64,000 nucleotides of DNA from an uncultured Actinomycetota bacterium (GCA_963753435.1 CAVWCF010000001.1:736001-800000), one strand, 5' to 3'. Numbered from the stretch's first letter, positions 52,285 through 63,245 are shown. Numbers and translations: made by a program. Notes: generated by a model from the sequence alone, not told the origin.

Positions 52285-53085
52285 TCAGGTGGGCTCGCCC
52301 TCCCCGCGGTCAGCGAGGAGCGGATCCCCGACGCCCACGCCGGACGGCAGCACCGGACCTTGGGCCAACCGCCGGATCTTCGGCGGAACCGGCCACTCAA
52401 GACCGGTCGCGGTGCGCATCGCAACTAGAACGTCGTCTGGGCGAACGGCGGGTGTTTCGTGCCGAACGACCAGGTGAAGTATCGCACACACAGACCCGTC
52501 AGCCGCCGCAGCGCCAAACGAAGCCCCCGGGGTGTCGGCCGCGGCCACGCTGGGCGCCTGGACCTGCAGGAGCAGGATTGGCGCCCGGGCGTCGAGCCGG
52601 CGGACCCCCTTCTTGGTGAGCCGCTCGACCTCGACGGACTCCCGGGCCAACAGCCGTTGCACGGATTCCTCGGCCTCGACCGGACCCACACCTTCGATGC
52701 TGATCTCCCACTCACTGGCCTCCAGGCGGTCAGCGAGCGCGCCGCCACCGGCGGCCACGACCTCCACGATGTCCAGGCCCACTGGAAGGGCCGCGTCCAA
52801 GACGGATCCAACCCACGCCGGGTCGCATTCAGCAGCGAGGCCCAGCTCGAAGTACTCCGCCTCGCTGGCCGCTCCCGTCGGGGCCGCTCCCGCGTAGGAG
52901 ATGCGGGGGTGCGGGGTGAAGCCGGAGCTGAAGGCGATCGGCACCCCGGCGCGGCGGATCGCTCGCTCCAGCGAACGCTGGAAGTCGCGGTGACTCAGGA
53001 AGCGGAGCCGACCCCGCTTTGCGTAGCGGACCCGCAAGCGCTGAACCGGTGGAGCCTGGGGGGCGGGCGGCTGCCTTCGGCTCAC
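52285..53085 (-). CDS. Radical SAM-associated protein (TIGR03936/DUF2344-like)
   Basis: YAKRGRLRFLSHRDF, SSGFTPHPRISY; coupled to the upstream radical SAM gene. Confidence 0.88.
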   Translation of the reverse strand: MSRRQPPAPQAPPVQRLRVRYAKRGRLRFLSHRDFQRSLERAIRRAGVPIAFSSGFTPHPRISYAGAAPTGAASEAEYFELGLAAECDPAWVGSVLDAALPVGLDIVEVVAAGGGALADRLEASEWEISIEGVGPVEAEESVQRLLARESVEVERLTKKGVRRLDARAPILLLQVQAPSVAAADTPGASFGAAAADGSVCAILHLVVRHETPAVRPDDVLVAMRTATGLEWPVPPKIRRLAQGPVLPSGVGVGDPLLADRGEGEPT

Positions 53086-55007
53086 TTGCTACCCGCCGGC
53101 ATGGCCAGCGGAAGCAATTGCCTGCCCGTGGGGCCGATCTGGATCTCAGTGCCCAACTGCGGGCAGACGCCGCAGTCAAAGCAGGGCGTCCATCGGCAGT
53201 CCTCGACCTCGACCTCGTTGAGGGAGTCCTGGTAGTCCTCCCACAGCCAGTCCTTGTCCAGACCGCTGTCGAGGTGATCCCAGGGCAATACTTCGGCGTG
53301 GTCGCGTTCCCGGGTCGTGAACCACCCAAGGCTCACCGGTTCGGGCAGCACATCGGCGGCGCTGACCCACCTGTCGAAGTCGAAGTGCTCGCTCCAGCCG
53401 TCGAAACGGGCCCCGGCCCGCCAGGCGGCCTCGATGACGGAAGCAACGCGGCGGTCGCCACGGCTCAAGAGTCCTTCGATGATCCCCGGCTTGCCGTCGT
53501 GGTACCGGAATCCGATCGCCCGGGCGTAGTCGCGGTCGGCCCGGATCTCCTCACGCAGCAGGCGCAGCCGTTCGTCGATTACTTCGTGGTCTGCCTGGGC
53601 GACCCACTGGAACGGCGTGTGCGGCTTGGGCACGAAGCCGCCGATCGAAACCGTGCAGCGGATGTCACGACGGCCACTGGCCTCGCGTCCGGCGCGGATC
53701 ACCTCCCGAGCCAGGCGAGCGATCTGCAGCACGTCGTCATCGGTCTCTGTCGGTAGGCCGCACATGAAGTACAACTTCACCTGCCGCCAGCCGGCCGCGT
53801 AGGCGGTAGTCACGGTCCGGATCAGGTCCGCTTCGGTGACCATCTTGTTGATGACCGCACGGATGCGTTCGGAGCCGCCTTCCGGAGCAAACGTCAGCCC
53901 GGAGCGACGACCGTTGCGGGTCAACTCGTTGGCCAGGTCCACGTTGAAGGCGTCCACCCGAGTACTTGGCAGCGACAGCGAGGTCTTGGACTCCTCGTAC
54001 CGGTCCGCCAGCCCGCGAGCGATGTCGGTGATTTCGCTGTGATCGGCGCTGGAAAGTGACAGCAGCCCGACTTCTTCGTAGCCGGTGGCTTGCAGGCCCC
54101 CGGCCACCATCTCGCCGATCCCGGTTATGGATCGTTCCCGGACCGGCCGCGTGATCATGCCGGCTTGGCAGAAGCGACAGCCTCTGGTGCAGCCGCGGAA
54201 GATCTCGACGCTCATGCGCTCATGCACGGTCTCGGCCAGGGGCACGACCGGCTTCTTCGGGTACGGCCACTCGTCCAGATCCGACACCGTGTGTTTGCTA
54301 ACCCGCCACGGGACCCCAGGCAGGTTCGGCGCGACTCTGCGGATTCGGCCATCCGCGGTGTACTCGACGTCGTAGAAGCCCGGCACGTACACACCTGCTT
54401 CGATGGCCAGCCGCTGCAGCAGGGCCGCGCGACCGCCGACCGATCCCCCGGACTTGAAGTCGGCCACCACAGCACTGATCCGCAACACCGCTTCTTCGCC
54501 GTCACCGAGGACCGCAGCGTCGATGAACTCTGCGATCGGCTCGGGGTTGAAGGCAGCGTGCCCACCGGCGATGACGATCGGGTCTTGCGACCCGCGATCG
54601 CGCGCGTGCAGGGGAATGCCGCTGAGGTCCAGGGCGGTGAGCAGATTCGTGTAGCCCAGTTCCGTCGAGAAGGACACGCCGAGCAGGTCGAAGTCGCGCA
54701 CGGGCAGGTGCGACTCCAGAGTGAACTGCGGGATCTGGTGTTCGCGCATGAGCGCCTCAAGGTCCGGCCAGACGCTGTAGGTGCGTTCGGCCATCGTGCC
54801 CGGCTGCTCGTTGAGTACCTCGTAGAGGATCTGCACGCCCTGGTTCGGCAGTCCAACCTCGTAGGCGTCGGGGTACATCAACGCCCACCGCACAGTCGCG
54901 GCGTCGAAGTCCTGGTAGGAGGCGTTCAACTCGCCACCCACGTACTGGACCGGCTTGCTCACCAGCGGAAGCAGCGGCTCCAGTCGGGCGAAAACGGACT
55001 GCGGCAT
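53082..55007 (-). CDS. B12-binding-type radical SAM protein (TIGR03960-like)
   Basis: KPVQYVGGE, YPDAYEVG, RGCTRGCRFCQ, TFAPEGGSER, FVPKPHTPFQW, C-terminal CxxxxCxxCGVC. Confidence 0.9.
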   Translation of the reverse strand: MPQSVFARLEPLLPLVSKPVQYVGGELNASYQDFDAATVRWALMYPDAYEVGLPNQGVQILYEVLNEQPGTMAERTYSVWPDLEALMREHQIPQFTLESHLPVRDFDLLGVSFSTELGYTNLLTALDLSGIPLHARDRGSQDPIVIAGGHAAFNPEPIAEFIDAAVLGDGEEAVLRISAVVADFKSGGSVGGRAALLQRLAIEAGVYVPGFYDVEYTADGRIRRVAPNLPGVPWRVSKHTVSDLDEWPYPKKPVVPLAETVHERMSVEIFRGCTRGCRFCQAGMITRPVRERSITGIGEMVAGGLQATGYEEVGLLSLSSADHSEITDIARGLADRYEESKTSLSLPSTRVDAFNVDLANELTRNGRRSGLTFAPEGGSERIRAVINKMVTEADLIRTVTTAYAAGWRQVKLYFMCGLPTETDDDVLQIARLAREVIRAGREASGRRDIRCTVSIGGFVPKPHTPFQWVAQADHEVIDERLRLLREEIRADRDYARAIGFRYHDGKPGIIEGLLSRGDRRVASVIEAAWRAGARFDGWSEHFDFDRWVSAADVLPEPVSLGWFTTRERDHAEVLPWDHLDSGLDKDWLWEDYQDSLNEVEVEDCRWTPCFDCGVCPQLGTEIQIGPTGRQLLPLAMPAGSK

Positions 55008-55071
55008 GAAGAACCTTTCGGGGAAGGCACAAGGGTAGCCGCGAACGGGGCAAACTCGTTTCGGCGCTCAG

Positions 55072-56241
55072 CTACAACTGGCTGCGGGCATGAATGTTCT
55101 GCAACAGCCCGATGGCCATCAGATTGGCCAGCATCGCCGAACCCCCGTAGGAGACGAACGGCAGTGGCAGCCCCGTGACGGGCATGATTCCCAGAGCCAT
55201 GCCGATGTTCTCGAAGGCCTGGAAAGCGAACCACGCGCCGATGCCCACTGCGGCCAGCGCACCGAACAGATCAGCCGCGCCCATCGCGATCCGCAGCGTT
55301 CGCCAGATGACCACGGACAGCAGCAAGATGATCGCCCCGGCCCCGATGAAGCCCAGTTCCTCGCCGGCAACGGTGAAGATGAAGTCCGTCTGCTGCTCCG
55401 GCACGAACCGGCCCGTGGTCTGCGTGCCCTGGAACAACCCGGTCCCGTCCCAGCCGCCGGCTCCGATGGCGATCCGCGCCTGGTTCACGTTGTAGCCGGC
55501 ACCGCGCGGATCCAGTTCGGGGTTGGCGAACGCGGCGAAGCGGTTCACCTGGTACTCGTCCAGCACGCCGAGCGCCACCGCTGCGGCGATGACGGCGACG
55601 CCACCCGCCAGCAGCGAAAGCACCCACCGGGCCGGTGTTCCGGCCACCGTCAGGACCGCGATGACGATGACACCCAGGATGGCCGTGGTTCCGAGGTCCG
55701 GCTGCAGCATGACCAGGACGACGGGGATAGCCGCGATCGCCAACGCCAGGCCGACATCGCGCCCTTCGGGCGCAGCCTCACGGTCCCGGCGTTCGGCCAG
55801 GATCACGGCCAGGCCCAGGCAGAGGGCGAACTTGGCGAACTCACTCGGCTGCAGGCTGAAGCCGCCGGGCAGCACGATCCAGGAGTGCGAACCGTTGATA
55901 GTCGAGCCCAGCGGCGAAAGCACTGCCACCAGACCGATGACGCTGCCGACGTAGACGACTGGCGCGTAGGCGCGGAGCAGGCGGTAGTCGGACAGGAACA
56001 CGATCACGCCGACGACCGCGCCCACGACGAGCAGCAGCAGATGCTTCTTCAGGAAGGACTCTGGGTCCTCGCCAGCGCTGATGAGCCGCGGCCGAGTGGC
56101 CGACCAGACCAGCAACGAGCCGAGCAACACGAGCCCACCGACCGCGGCCAGCAGCAGCCAGTCCAACCGGCGCAGCAGCGCAATCGGGGCGCTGTTGGTG
56201 CCCGGGCGGGCCGGCGATCGGTTCAGTCCGAGGGCGGTCAT
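55072..56241 (-). CDS. rodA: Rod shape-determining SEDS protein RodA
   Basis: QPSEFAK, QPDLGT, PEQQTDFIF, PVTGLPLPFVSYGGS. Confidence 0.96.
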   Translation of the reverse strand: MTALGLNRSPARPGTNSAPIALLRRLDWLLLAAVGGLVLLGSLLVWSATRPRLISAGEDPESFLKKHLLLLVVGAVVGVIVFLSDYRLLRAYAPVVYVGSVIGLVAVLSPLGSTINGSHSWIVLPGGFSLQPSEFAKFALCLGLAVILAERRDREAAPEGRDVGLALAIAAIPVVLVMLQPDLGTTAILGVIVIAVLTVAGTPARWVLSLLAGGVAVIAAAVALGVLDEYQVNRFAAFANPELDPRGAGYNVNQARIAIGAGGWDGTGLFQGTQTTGRFVPEQQTDFIFTVAGEELGFIGAGAIILLLSVVIWRTLRIAMGAADLFGALAAVGIGAWFAFQAFENIGMALGIMPVTGLPLPFVSYGGSAMLANLMAIGLLQNIHARSQL

Positions 56242-58442
56242 GAGGTGAGCCTCCGCATCGGCCGCCGCCGCGGCGCGGCGGTCGCGGTCGGTGTAGCAGC
56301 GGTACCTGCTGGCGTTGTGGGCGCGGATGCGTCGCCCTCGGCGCCCAGCACCGTGCCGTCAGTGCGGATGGTGGGCAATGCCGCCGGCGGTGCCCCCGTC
56401 GGGAAGATCGCGTTGGCGGGGTTGACGGTGCTGCCGGTGACCCCGAACAGCGCCTCGTAGATCGCGCGCACGGAGCGACCGGAAGTGCCCGAACCGGTGC
56501 CACCCTGGCTGACCATCATGACCACGGCGTACTGCGGATCGTCAGCCGGTGCGAACGAAGCGAACCAGGACGTGGTCTGCTTGCCGGCCACCTCACCGGT
56601 TCCGGTCTTCGTGGCAACCGGGATCTCGCCCAGCGGGAACCCGGCGAACGGTGCCCGCCCGGTGCCGTCAGTGGTGACTCCGGCGAGCGCGTCGATGAGG
56701 TAGCGGCGGACCTGGTCGGACACGGGTATCTGCCCGGCGACCTGGGGCGTGAACTCTTCAACGACGTCGCCGTCCGGGGACATGACGGCGCGGGCCACCT
56801 GCGGGGTGTAGATGGTTCCACCGTTGGCCAGCGACGCGTAGACGCTGGCCATCTGCAGCGGTGTCACCAGCGTTTCGCCCTGCCCGATGGAGAAGTTGAC
56901 GGCGTCACCGGCCCGGTAGCGGAAACCGTCAACGCAGTTCTCCTCGGCGATCGCCTTGAGCAGGCGCGCCCGACTGGCGTCGGTCACCTCCGGGTACCCG
57001 GTCTCGGCCCGGCGGCAGTAGGTGTCCTTGTTCTGCTCCCAGTTGCTCTCCCGGGACTCCCTCGTGACGATCCGCCCACCCTTCTCGCTGGGCAGGTCGA
57101 TGCCGGTCGGCTCCCCGAGACCCCAGCCGAGTGCCTCGTTGACCATGTAGTCCTTCGGTGCATCGACTGGGCGGTTGCCGCCGTCGCGCACCCACATGTT
57201 GTAGGCGAAGTCGTAGTACACGGTGTCGCACGACACCTCGATGGTCCGCTTCAGCGTGATGTCGCCGTATGCGCGGGATTCGTAGTTCTTGAAGGTTCGG
57301 TTGCCGACCTCGTAGCTGCCGGTACACGGGTAGGTGCCGTTGAGGGAATATCCGCCCTTGACCGCAGCCGACGTGGAGATCACCTTGAACGTCGACGCCG
57401 GGGCGAACTCACCGGTGACCGCGCGGGAGATCAGCGGAGTGCCGGACTCCTCGCTCGTCAGTGCGTCGTAGTCGTCTTGGCCGATGCCGCCGACCCACAC
57501 AGTCGGGTCGTAGGAGGGATAACTGGCCATGGCCAGGACGGCCCCGGTCTTCACGTCTAGAACCACGGCCGCACCGGAGTCAGCCTTGTAGAGGCGTCCG
57601 GACTTGTCCTCAAGGCCACGAGCGCGCTCGATGGCCTCCAACAGGGCTTTCTCGGTGACCGCTTGCAGGCGCGCGTCGAGGTTGGTCACCACGTAGTTGC
57701 CAGGGACCGCGGGGTCCTCACCGATCGTTCCGCTGACGACTCCGGCCTTGTCCACGGCAAGCCGCTTCACTCCTGGTTCGCCGCGCAGATGGGTGTCGTA
57801 CTGCCGCTCTAGCCCGGCGCGACCGATGCTGTCGCTGCGGCGCAGGACACTGTCGCTGCCTGCTGCCTCGGCGACCTCCTCGTCGGTGACCGGTCCGAGG
57901 TAGCCGAGCAGGTGTGCGGCGTTGGCACCTTCGGGCGCGGGGTACTCCCGGACGGCTTCCACCTGGGCGGTGACGCCGGGGAAGTCTTCGCGACGCTCCA
58001 GAATTTCCAGCGCCGCCGTCTCATCGACGTCCCGGGCGACCGGGATCGGCTGGTACGGCGAACCGTTCCAGCAGACCGGCGGCTTGGGTGCGCCGTCCTC
58101 GCCGCACAGGAGCAAACGTTGGGCCAGCTGCTCCCCCGTGCCGCCGATGAGGCCGGCCAGGCGGTCGAGCACGCCCTCGTCCTCGGCGTTGGCGATCTCG
58201 GTGCGGTCCACCGAAACGACCAGCGAGGTGCGGTTGCGCACCAGCGCCTGGCCGGACGAGTCCAGGATCAACCCCCGCACCGGTGAGGTGATTACCTCCC
58301 GCTCGCTGTTGGCGGTAGCCGCCGCGGTGTAGGTGTCCCCGGTCACGACCTGGAGGTACCAGAGGCGACCGAGCAGCGTCGCCATCAGTGACAGCACCAG
58401 TACTTGCAGGACGACGAGCCGAAGCCGGGACCGGTCGCTCAC
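56238..58442 (-). CDS. mrdA: Penicillin-binding protein 2
   Basis: PVRGLILD, STFK (SxxK), SCD, KTGT; in the mre operon. Confidence 0.95.
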   Translation of the reverse strand: MSDRSRLRLVVLQVLVLSLMATLLGRLWYLQVVTGDTYTAAATANSEREVITSPVRGLILDSSGQALVRNRTSLVVSVDRTEIANAEDEGVLDRLAGLIGGTGEQLAQRLLLCGEDGAPKPPVCWNGSPYQPIPVARDVDETAALEILERREDFPGVTAQVEAVREYPAPEGANAAHLLGYLGPVTDEEVAEAAGSDSVLRRSDSIGRAGLERQYDTHLRGEPGVKRLAVDKAGVVSGTIGEDPAVPGNYVVTNLDARLQAVTEKALLEAIERARGLEDKSGRLYKADSGAAVVLDVKTGAVLAMASYPSYDPTVWVGGIGQDDYDALTSEESGTPLISRAVTGEFAPASTFKVISTSAAVKGGYSLNGTYPCTGSYEVGNRTFKNYESRAYGDITLKRTIEVSCDTVYYDFAYNMWVRDGGNRPVDAPKDYMVNEALGWGLGEPTGIDLPSEKGGRIVTRESRESNWEQNKDTYCRRAETGYPEVTDASRARLLKAIAEENCVDGFRYRAGDAVNFSIGQGETLVTPLQMASVYASLANGGTIYTPQVARAVMSPDGDVVEEFTPQVAGQIPVSDQVRRYLIDALAGVTTDGTGRAPFAGFPLGEIPVATKTGTGEVAGKQTTSWFASFAPADDPQYAVVMMVSQGGTGSGTSGRSVRAIYEALFGVTGSTVNPANAIFPTGAPPAALPTIRTDGTVLGAEGDASAPTTPAGTAATPTATAAPRRRPMRRLTS

Positions 58443-58539
58443 AGGCGGCGCTCCTTGCGGTTTCGGGCTCAGGTGGTGCGACGGATGCGCGGCCGTTCGG
58501 GTTCCGTCTCATACACAGTTCCGTCACTGCCACGTTCCA

Positions 58540-59058
58540 TCACAGCCGCGCCGGGGAGTCGTAGGCGGCCGCCCGGCGAGCCAGGGCGGTGACCCCGGGG
58601 ACCACAAACGGCGCGAGGACCACAGCGTAGACGACCGCGGAGGGCACGGTTCTCAGCAGAACTGCAGCATCGGCACGATCATCACCGACGAGAAGCAGTA
58701 GCAGGCCGTAGCCGACCGTCACCGCGGCGACCAGCCCCGCAGACACCACCAGCAACTCCCACACCGCCCGTTCCCCCGGACGCCGCATGCGCCCGGCGGC
58801 CCAGCCAGCCAGCACGTAGAGCAGCGCCCACGCCCCGAGGGGGCCGTCGGCCGGGGAGATCAGGTCCCAGGACAACCCGGCGGCAAACCCGACCACCGAC
58901 CCGGATACCGGCCCCCACGAGATGGCCAGGGCGATCACCACAAGCAGTAGCAGGTCGGGGGTGGCCCCCGGCAAGGGCAGCCGCGTCAACACCACCGACT
59001 GGACGAACAACGAGCTCAGCAGCAGCGCGGCTGCCAGGGCCACCTGGCGGACGTTCAC
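58540..59058 (-). CDS. mreD: Rod shape-determining protein MreD
   Basis: Hydrophobic; PDLLLL, GFAAGL...D; follows mreC. Confidence 0.93.
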   Translation of the reverse strand: MNVRQVALAAALLLSSLFVQSVVLTRLPLPGATPDLLLLVVIALAISWGPVSGSVVGFAAGLSWDLISPADGPLGAWALLYVLAGWAAGRMRRPGERAVWELLVVSAGLVAAVTVGYGLLLLLVGDDRADAAVLLRTVPSAVVYAVVLAPFVVPGVTALARRAAAYDSPARL

Positions 59059-59912
59059 GGGGTTGCGGCCTCCGGCAGCACCGCGTCTCGCGGGTCGGTC
59101 CGTGGCGGCTGCACGACCACGCCAACGGTGTCCAGAGCCGTCATGTCGGCGTAAGTGCGAACCTGCGCCACCCGCTCCAGCGAGCCGGCGACCCGGCTCA
59201 CCGAGATGACTTCACCGATCGGCACCCCTGGGACGAAGGGCGTGCCGTCGGGTGAGCCGAACGAAACCACTCGCGCCCCCTCCGCGACTGTCACAAGCGG
59301 GTCCAGGACCTGCATCTGCAGCGGGGACAGCCCCTGACCACTGACCACGCCCAGTTCGCCGGTGCCCTCCAGCCGCGCGCCCACCGAGGACTTCGGGTCG
59401 ACGATGAGGAGCACCGCCGCCGTGCTGGCGGTTACCGACTTCACCCGGCCAACCAAGCCGTCGCCGTTGATCACCGTCATGTCCTCAGCGATGCCGTCGT
59501 TGCTGCCGGCGTCAATGGTCACCGTCCAAGCGAACCCTTGCTCGGGGCCGATGGCGATAACGCGGGCGGGGACCGTCTGGTACTGGCCCGCCTCGGCGAC
59601 GCGCAGCAAGGCGTCCAACTCGGCAGCCCGTCGGCGGGCCTCCTCCGAGGTGCGCAACTGCGCACGCAGCTCGTCATTCTCGGCCTCCAACTCGGCCAGG
59701 CGAGCGGCTTCGTCCGCGCCGATCCCGCCGAAGAAATCCCCGATCGGCCGGACGACCGAGTCAACCGCCCGCTGGACCGGCCCGAAGACCGCGCCCGCCG
59801 CCCCGCGCAGACCGCTGAACGGCGAGGACCCGCGCACGTCAAGCAGGATCAAGGAGATCGTGGCTACCAGGAGCACGCCCAGCACGATCCGCGTGCGTCG
59901 GTCATCCCTCAT
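59055..59912 (-). CDS. mreC: Rod shape-determining protein MreC
   Basis: TM plus coiled coil, TIDAGSNDGI, GLVGRV, FVPGVPIG. Confidence 0.95.
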   Translation of the reverse strand: MRDDRRTRIVLGVLLVATISLILLDVRGSSPFSGLRGAAGAVFGPVQRAVDSVVRPIGDFFGGIGADEAARLAELEAENDELRAQLRTSEEARRRAAELDALLRVAEAGQYQTVPARVIAIGPEQGFAWTVTIDAGSNDGIAEDMTVINGDGLVGRVKSVTASTAAVLLIVDPKSSVGARLEGTGELGVVSGQGLSPLQMQVLDPLVTVAEGARVVSFGSPDGTPFVPGVPIGEVISVSRVAGSLERVAQVRTYADMTALDTVGVVVQPPRTDPRDAVLPEAATP

Positions 59913-59941
59913 CTGCGCTCAGCCAAGCGGCGCTGCGCGCA

Positions 59942-60973
59942 TCAACTGCGCGGTTCGGAGATCAGCACCTGCTGGAGCTTGTCGAAGTCCTCCACGCACT
60001 TGCCCGACCCCATCGCAACGGAGTCCAGCGGCGTGTCGGCGACCAGGATCGGCATGCCGGTCTCGTGCTTCAGCCGCTCGTCCAGACCCTTGAGCAGCGC
60101 GCCGCCACCGGTCAGGACGATCCCGCGGTCCATGATGTCGCCGGACAGTTCCGGTGGGCACTTATCCAGCGTCTCCTTGACCGCGTCGACGATCGAGTTG
60201 ACCGGCTCTTCCAGAGCCTTACGGATCTCTTCGCTGGAAACCACGATCGTCTTGGGTAGACCGCTGACCAGGTCGCGACCGCGGATCTCGGCGTTGGGCT
60301 CATCGGGCATCGGGAAGGCCGAGCCGATGGCCATCTTGATCTCCTCGGCCGTGCGCTCGCCAAGGAGCAACTGGTACTCCTTCTTGACGTGCTGGATGAT
60401 CGCGCTGTCCAGTTCGTCGCCGCCGACGCGGATGCTCTGGGCGGCGACAATCCCGCCGAGGGAGATCACAGCGACCTCGGTAGTTCCGCCACCGATGTCT
60501 ACGACCATGTTTCCGGTCGGCTCACCCACCGGCAGCCCGGCGCCGATGGCTGCAGCCATTGGCTCCTCGATGATGAACACACGACGGGCGCCAGCTGCGT
60601 ATGCGGCGTCTTTGACGGCTCGCTGCTCCACCCCGGTGATTCCCGACGGCACACAGATGACGACGCGCGGCTTGGCCAGGTGGCGGCGCTTGTGCACCTT
60701 CTGGATGAAGTAGCGCAGCATGCGCTCGGTGGTATCGAAGTCGGCGATTACGCCGTCCTTGAGCGGGCGGATGGCAACGATGTTGCCCGGGGTGCGACCG
60801 ATCATCCGCTTGGCTTCGGCGCCAACGGCCAGGATGTTGCCGGCGGTCTGGTTGATCGCCACCACGGACGGCTCGTTCAGGACGATGCCGCGACCGCGGA
60901 CGTAGACGAGCGTGTTGGCAGTGCCGAGGTCGACGGCCATATCGCGGCCGACGAAACTGGTTTGACTGGCCAT
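59942..60973 (-). CDS. mreB: Rod shape-determining actin MreB
   Basis: [33 protein letters not shown]. Confidence 0.98.
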   Translation of the reverse strand: MASQTSFVGRDMAVDLGTANTLVYVRGRGIVLNEPSVVAINQTAGNILAVGAEAKRMIGRTPGNIVAIRPLKDGVIADFDTTERMLRYFIQKVHKRRHLAKPRVVICVPSGITGVEQRAVKDAAYAAGARRVFIIEEPMAAAIGAGLPVGEPTGNMVVDIGGGTTEVAVISLGGIVAAQSIRVGGDELDSAIIQHVKKEYQLLLGERTAEEIKMAIGSAFPMPDEPNAEIRGRDLVSGLPKTIVVSSEEIRKALEEPVNSIVDAVKETLDKCPPELSGDIMDRGIVLTGGGALLKGLDERLKHETGMPILVADTPLDSVAMGSGKCVEDFDKLQQVLISEPRS

Positions 60974-61107
60974 AACGGGAAGGGGCCTCCGGGCTTGACG
61001 ACTTGAGTCCGAGGAGCGGCGAAACGGTTTCCCGCCGCCACTGCGCGGCCCCCCATGGTAGCCGGGCTACGGACCCTCCCAATCCACGTCCCAGCAGGTT
61101 GGGTGGC

Positions 61108-61515
61108 TCAGGCCTGAGGGAAGAACAGCCCGATCTCGCGCTCAGCCGACTCCGGGGAGTCCGACCCGTGGACGATGTTGTTCTGCACCATCGTGGCGAA
61201 ATCCCCGCGAATGCTGCCCGTAGTCGCGGACACGGGATCGGTGGCCCCGGCCAGTTGCCGGAACGCCTCGATCGCGCGGTCACCCTCGACGATCATGGCC
61301 ACGAGCGGTCCGGACGTGATGAACGTCACCAGATCGGCGAAGAACGGCTTCTCCGCGTGCTCGCCGTAGTGCGTGCGTGCGGTCTCGGCGTCCAGTGTCC
61401 GCATCTGCAGGGCGGTCACCCGCAGGCCCTTGCGTTCTATTCGGCCAATGACCTCGCCGATCAGTCCTCGGGCCACGCCGTCCGGCTTGACCAGGACCAG
61501 GGTGCGTTCGCTCAC
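61108..61515 (-). CDS. ndk: Nucleoside diphosphate kinase
   Basis: [21 protein letters not shown]. Confidence 0.98.
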   Translation of the reverse strand: MSERTLVLVKPDGVARGLIGEVIGRIERKGLRVTALQMRTLDAETARTHYGEHAEKPFFADLVTFITSGPLVAMIVEGDRAIEAFRQLAGATDPVSATTGSIRGDFATMVQNNIVHGSDSPESAEREIGLFFPQA

Positions 61516-61854
61516 TCAGGCCTCCTCTGCAGAGTCCGGAACAGTACCGCCGCTGGCTGCCGCGCGCCCCAACACGATGGCGGTCACCCAAAGGGCGGCG
61601 AACACGCCACCGACCACGAACATCACCGGGATCACGAACCCAGTGGCCACGACACCGACCTGAATCAGCGATCCGAGCACGTATCCAAGTCGGTAGCGCA
61701 GCAGCGCCGCAGCCAGGATGCAGGCGAGCGCCAGACCGGCGCCGACGGCCACGGCCCGACCGGTCGGTACGTCCTCGACAGTGGTCGCCACCGGAATGGC
61801 CAACAAGACCACGACCGATTCGAAGGCCAGGACGCTGGCGGCCAGCACCCGCAC
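61516..61854 (-). CDS. DUF4233-like membrane protein
   Basis: Hydrophobic 112 aa protein in the conserved folC-ndk position. Confidence 0.8.
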   Translation of the reverse strand: MRVLAASVLAFESVVVLLAIPVATTVEDVPTGRAVAVGAGLALACILAAALLRYRLGYVLGSLIQVGVVATGFVIPVMFVVGGVFAALWVTAIVLGRAAASGGTVPDSAEEA

Positions 61855-61856
61855 GA

Positions 61857-63203
61857 CTACGCCTCCGCCATCCCGGCCAGTAGCCGCGCCTGCGCCGCCA
61901 AGGTCACCGAGCCGGTGACCAGCAGGGCCCCGTTCGGGGTCGCCGCCGCCGCTTCGCAGCCGGCGGTCCAGGCGTCCGGTAGTCGCTCGATCACTTCCAC
62001 CCGTTCGGCGCCGAATGCGGCCGCAGCCGCTATTCCAAGTTCCGCAGCAGGCATCGCCCGCGGCGACGGCGCCGTGGTCACGATCACCCGGTCCGGCCGC
62101 CCGGCGGCGGCGAGTGTCCCGGCGACGTCCTTGTCGGCGAGCATGCCGATCAGCAGCGTGAGTTCGTCTACGGCAAAGGCCTCGGTGAAGCCCGACACGG
62201 CCGCATTCATCCCCGCCGGGTTGTGCGCGGCATCTACGACGACCAGCGGTTGTCGGCCCACGACCTCCAGCCGTCCTGGAGAGGTGACGGCGGCGAATCC
62301 GGCCGCCACGGAGTCCGGGTCCAGTCTGGTCCGGCCGCCGCCGAGGAACGCTTCTACCGCCGCCAGCGCCACGGCGGCGTTGGCAGCTTGGTGCGGCCCG
62401 TGCAGGGGCAGCAGGAAGGGCGGGTAGTCCCCCGCCGTTCCGCGCAGCGTCAGCAACTGGCCGCCGACTGCAACTGAGCGATCGAGCACTTCGAAGTCGG
62501 CGCCCTGACGCAGGGCCCGGGCGCCCAGCGCCGTCACCTGGTCGTCCAGCACCGTCTGCGCGGTCGGGTGCTGTGCGGCCAGGACGGCGATCGATTCGGC
62601 CGACAAGATGCCCGCCTTCTCCGCGGCGATCGCAGCCAGGTCAGCGCCGAGGTAATCCATGTGGTCCATCGCCACCTGCGTGATTACCGCTACGGCGGAC
62701 TCGGCGACATTGGTTGCATCCCAGCGACCACCCATCCCCGCCTCAATCACGGCAACGTCGACCGGGGCATCGGCGAAAGCTGCGAACGCGACAGTCGTCA
62801 GCGCCTCGAAGTAGGACGGAATGGGCTGGTCCGCCTCCTTGCTGCGTTCGTCCGCCCACCGCAGTGACGGCTCAATGTCGTCGTAGGCGGTGACGAACCG
62901 CTCGGCCGAGATCGGCTCGCCGGACAGGTGAATCCGCTCGGTGATGCTGTGCAGGTGCGGGCTGGTGAACAGGCCGGTCTTGAATCCGAACGTCCGCAGC
63001 AGGGAGTCGATCATCCGGGCGGTGGAGGTCTTGCCGTTGGTTCCGGCCACCTGGATGACCGGGGCGGCCAGGTGGGGCGAACCCAGCACGTCCACCAGGA
63101 ACGCCATCCGGTCCAACGTGGGGTCGATTCGGGATTCCGGCCATCGGGAGGTCAACTGCGACTCGACTGCAATCAGTCGCTCTTGGGCGTCGGCGTCGGT
63201 CAC
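61857..63203 (-). CDS. folC: Folylpolyglutamate synthase/dihydrofolate synthase
   Basis: AGTNGKTS, TSPHL, EAGMGG, SPGRLE, DAAHNP, TGS; start taken at GTG 63203 behind a TAGACT -10 box. Confidence 0.96.
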   Translation of the reverse strand: MTDADAQERLIAVESQLTSRWPESRIDPTLDRMAFLVDVLGSPHLAAPVIQVAGTNGKTSTARMIDSLLRTFGFKTGLFTSPHLHSITERIHLSGEPISAERFVTAYDDIEPSLRWADERSKEADQPIPSYFEALTTVAFAAFADAPVDVAVIEAGMGGRWDATNVAESAVAVITQVAMDHMDYLGADLAAIAAEKAGILSAESIAVLAAQHPTAQTVLDDQVTALGARALRQGADFEVLDRSVAVGGQLLTLRGTAGDYPPFLLPLHGPHQAANAAVALAAVEAFLGGGRTRLDPDSVAAGFAAVTSPGRLEVVGRQPLVVVDAAHNPAGMNAAVSGFTEAFAVDELTLLIGMLADKDVAGTLAAAGRPDRVIVTTAPSPRAMPAAELGIAAAAAFGAERVEVIERLPDAWTAGCEAAAATPNGALLVTGSVTLAAQARLLAGMAEA

Positions 63204-63245
63204 GGGTGGGAGTCTAGGTTCGACCCGCACCTAGGATTCCCGCTC

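Noticed and set aside
60985-61015. TCAAG repeats upstream of mreB as another sigma-28 promoter
   Set aside because: No GCCGA at the required spacing.
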